From an uncultured virus (IMG/VR IMGVR_UViG_3300020048_000045) (taxonomy: Duplodnaviria; Heunggongvirae; Uroviricota; Caudoviricetes), in the IMG/VR virus record IMGVR_UViG_3300020048_000045: a DNA stretch of 59,522 nucleotides; one strand, given 5' to 3'. The position numbers and the translations under genes are program-made. Shown one piece after another: positions 56,550-59,522 of this stretch (position 1 is its first letter; each line of letters opens with the position of its first letter). The notes beneath the pieces were generated by a model that saw nothing but the letters and a program-made list of their open reading frames with translations, made no database searches and was not told where the DNA came from.

Positions 56550-57668
56550 ATGATAATAGAGATAACATACAGCACTCTTGGAGCTAATACTGGACCAGAC
56601 TTCACAATTACTTGTGATGTAGGAAATGCTGTGCCCCAAATTGTAACAAAGGCACAATTGCTTGCTGGTGTGCAGATTACGATAAACGATCTTGCAAATC
56701 AAATTACAGTGACATCTCAAGGATTGTGTGACACTTACGATATTAATTATATCACTCCTACCACAACCACTACTACAACAACAAGTACATCTACAAGTAC
56801 CACAACAAGTACAACAACAAGTACAACCAGTACTACCACTACATACATCACATATTATAATGTGTATATGTCTCAAGACTTTACACGGGATGATTGTGAA
56901 CCAGGGTACTTTGGATCAACAGTTACATATGTTGTGCCTGCATATAAGTATGAATCGTTAGTTTCTCAGGCTGCTGCAGATCAAATGGCTCAGGATGAGA
57001 TAGATACAAATGGTCAAATATTTGCCAACACTTATGGAAGTTGTGACAGCACTACCACAACAACTACAACAAGTACTACCACAACTAGTACCACTACAAC
57101 AAGCACTACAACAACAAGCACTACCACAACCAGTACAACAACAACCAGTACTACAACTAGCACTACAACGACCACTACTACAGCTTATGTTCCTCAGTGC
57201 AGTCCTTTGACTGGAGAAGCTAATGAATTATATAGTACTCCTTGTGGTACACCCACAAACTATAGTGGAGGACAGTCATATCCTGCAGAACAAACAGTTA
57301 CTGTAGGCAGTGGTTTGGGAACAGTTACATTGACTGCTGATGCTTATGCTGTACCTGATCAATTCGTTGTTATATTTGACGGAAATATTGTAATCAATAC
57401 TGGGTATAGAGGTACTTCTGATTATGACTTTGGTGGTGGCAACAGAGCAAGTTTCACTGCTGCTCTTAACGGTAAGGCAGATCCAATCAATGGAGGAACC
57501 TATCCAAACTTTACAAACTTCCCAGACGATGGTTATCCAAGAGTCACATCACCAGGAAGTACATCACCTACATTCTACAAAGGAACTACGGTAATTTCAG
57601 CTACAGTTAGAGTATATGGACCTATGAGTGGAACAGCCTGGGCATACACATTAAGTTGTCCTGTTTAA
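56550..57668 (+). CDS. Modular surface protein with DUF5977-like domain and poly-Thr linkers
   Basis: YYN...FTRDDC...GSTVTYVVPA.KY.S.VSQAAAD..AQ.EI..NGQ..AN..GSC. Confidence 0.7.
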   Translation: MIIEITYSTLGANTGPDFTITCDVGNAVPQIVTKAQLLAGVQITINDLANQITVTSQGLCDTYDINYITPTTTTTTTTSTSTSTTTSTTTSTTSTTTTYITYYNVYMSQDFTRDDCEPGYFGSTVTYVVPAYKYESLVSQAAADQMAQDEIDTNGQIFANTYGSCDSTTTTTTTSTTTTSTTTTSTTTTSTTTTSTTTTSTTTSTTTTTTTAYVPQCSPLTGEANELYSTPCGTPTNYSGGQSYPAEQTVTVGSGLGTVTLTADAYAVPDQFVVIFDGNIVINTGYRGTSDYDFGGGNRASFTAALNGKADPINGGTYPNFTNFPDDGYPRVTSPGSTSPTFYKGTTVISATVRVYGPMSGTAWAYTLSCPV

Positions 57669-57679
57669 AATGATATAAA

Positions 57680-58546
57680 ATGTCAAAGACAATTACCATA
57701 AAGTTGACCAAGGCCAGTAATAAAACTGGACCATTCACCATTACTGATGAGTATGGGAATGTCATAGCAACTGACGTGTCCATACGTACTCTCATTCAAG
57801 GGATTAGCTACTCTGTTGAAGATATCGCAACAATGGTTACATTAACTTCCACAGGAGATTGCAAAGTATCAAAGACTGTGAGTATAGCTACTTTGTCACC
57901 TATACAGATTGTAAACACTCCCTTTGTACAGACAAGATCAGCCTGTCTATGGAGACATCTTACAAATATCGAAACGCATAATTACTTCTATGGAAAGACT
58001 GAGCCTTATATTATTGAATATCCTTTTGCATATGATTTTCAAGATCAGATCTTACAGAATGTAAAAGATTATACTAAGGCCTATATTTATCTTCCCAATG
58101 GAAATGGTGTATTCTCAAATGCAGAAAAGATTGAGGTAGATGACAAGTGGTTTAACAAAGCAATTGTTTATAATGGTCAGCAGAGTTCAGGAATCCTGGA
58201 ATTAGTTCCAAAGCCTTTGCATAACATGAAAGCATATTTGGAATATCCAAAATACAACACTAACAGCAAGACAATCTTATATACAAAGAGTGATAACTTC
58301 TACCAATACAATACATTCTGGAATGTTGTGAAAGACAAATCTGCACAACTGTTTTTAACTTCCTGTAAATCACTATCATACGATAAGGAAGTTAATCAGT
58401 TTAATATGGACTATTCACAACGATCTTTCAGGAAGGATACAATAAGAGCTAAAGAACTGAAGGTAAGACACATCCTAGACAATAGATCTGATGTTCATTT
58501 AGTCTCCCAATTCATTTTAGCACCATCTCAAATTTCTTACAAATAA
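57680..58546 (+). CDS. Muzzle C-terminal fragment preceded by shared Ig-like domain
   Basis: LWRH...NYFYG, FNKAIVYNGQQSSG, IRAKELKVRHILDN. Confidence 0.6.
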   Translation: MSKTITIKLTKASNKTGPFTITDEYGNVIATDVSIRTLIQGISYSVEDIATMVTLTSTGDCKVSKTVSIATLSPIQIVNTPFVQTRSACLWRHLTNIETHNYFYGKTEPYIIEYPFAYDFQDQILQNVKDYTKAYIYLPNGNGVFSNAEKIEVDDKWFNKAIVYNGQQSSGILELVPKPLHNMKAYLEYPKYNTNSKTILYTKSDNFYQYNTFWNVVKDKSAQLFLTSCKSLSYDKEVNQFNMDYSQRSFRKDTIRAKELKVRHILDNRSDVHLVSQFILAPSQISYK

Positions 58547-59522
58547 TGGCAAAGAAATTAACCAAATCGAAAGCTAGGGAAATTCTCCATGACAAGGAAG
58601 TACATGGGCATCCTTTGACAGATAAACAGAGACGTTTCTTTGGTGCTGTAGCCAGTGGCCAGCCTGACTGGTTAAACAAGTATGAGACTGGTGGTGAGAC
58701 AAGTCCGTATGAGGAAATAACAAGTTACTCTCCTATTCCTAAAAGAAGAAACTCTACATTGCGTTATAGTGATATTCCTATGTTGAATTATACGATAAGT
58801 AAGCAACAAAGAGAATTGAGTGGTAGAAAAAAAGATCTTCAAATAGTTGATGAAAGAGATGTTCCTGCCAATAAAAGACTTAATCCAAACGTTAGCAGTG
58901 AAACTGTAAAAGCAATCATCAGAGAATCTACAAAAAAGGGAATAGATCCAAGTACAGTGTTAGCCATGGCATTGCAGGAAGGAAGTCTATCACGAAACTA
59001 TGCACCTTTAATTGGACATATAAACGTGGCTCCTTCTGGTGAGATAGAAGACATGGGAATTTCTTCTATGGAAAAGACAAACAATTGGGATTATCAAGGA
59101 AGCATCATAAGAGATGGTTTGGATCTTATTCAGGAGAAGATGGATTATGCAAAGCAGCTTGGTAAAACAGACGAAGCTGACATTCTTCAATCATTTAATG
59201 GTTATGGCAGAGTAAGAGGTGCTAAAATAAATCACCTTGGTCAACGAGGCAACTTTGGTATGTATGGTACTAAGGGTGAAATTGACATGAATGCCAATCC
59301 TATATATGGACAACGAATCATCGACATTAGAGATAATGTAATTAAAAAGACTCCTGGAATACAACAACTTATAAATCCTTCTGGACAAGAATTTAAAAAT
59401 GGTGGGAGTATGCAGGAGTATCAGGAGAACTACAACGATGCTTCTGTATCCCTACCTCCCAACTTTGTAGGAATGAATAACAATACAAAGGGATTTGATT
59501 ATAACTCTGCATGGGGAGGAAG
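58546..59522 (+). CDS. Putative virion cargo/ejection protein with lytic transglycosylase-like domain (partial)
   Basis: Manual ORF from ATG 58546 open to window end: MAKKLTKSKAREIL...GIDPSTVLAMALQEG...QSFNGYG; YETGG and FKNGG motifs. Confidence 0.6.
   Translation, partial: MAKKLTKSKAREILHDKEVHGHPLTDKQRRFFGAVASGQPDWLNKYETGGETSPYEEITSYSPIPKRRNSTLRYSDIPMLNYTISKQQRELSGRKKDLQIVDERDVPANKRLNPNVSSETVKAIIRESTKKGIDPSTVLAMALQEGSLSRNYAPLIGHINVAPSGEIEDMGISSMEKTNNWDYQGSIIRDGLDLIQEKMDYAKQLGKTDEADILQSFNGYGRVRGAKINHLGQRGNFGMYGTKGEIDMNANPIYGQRIIDIRDNVIKKTPGIQQLINPSGQEFKNGGSMQEYQENYNDASVSLPPNFVGMNNNTKGFDYNSAWGG

Noticed and set aside
1..59522. Stop-codon reassignment (TAG/TGA) as in some crAss-like phages
   Set aside because: TerL, portal, MCP, PolB and the 1617-aa tail ORF are uninterrupted in code 11, and no suppressor tRNA is seen

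Overview
Part of a crAss-like (Crassvirales-type) lytic phage genome, probably infecting Bacteroidota (TTTG-N19-21-TAnnTTT[G/A] promoters, SD-less A-rich leaders). The standard genetic code fits all long ORFs. Positions 1-30.8 kb are a minus-strand replication/early arm: primase, SSB-like protein, AAA ATPase, SF2 helicase, DnaB, family B DNA polymerase, vWA, SPFH, radical SAM, ARC/Mpa-like AAA+ ATPase, glucosaminidase and many small ORFs. Positions 31.1-59.5 kb are a plus-strand virion arm: TerL, portal, major capsid, ring/tail proteins, a fragmented muzzle gene with poly-Thr-linked shuffled domains, and a cargo protein. The standout is an RNA island at about 14.2-16.0 kb. It holds a circularly permuted, minimal two-piece tmRNA (tag GKTRTLALQPVRLAA) whose T-loop is interrupted by a 666-nt group I intron. 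The intron carries a LAGLIDADG homing endonuclease with its own promoter. The tmRNA is bracketed by two paralogous tRNA-like RNAs with expanded anticodon loops, followed by tRNA-Thr, and preceded by about 650 nt of highly structured, unassigned ncRNA. All calls come from motif reading; no searches were run. There are two assembly gaps (2260-2688, 29049-29198).
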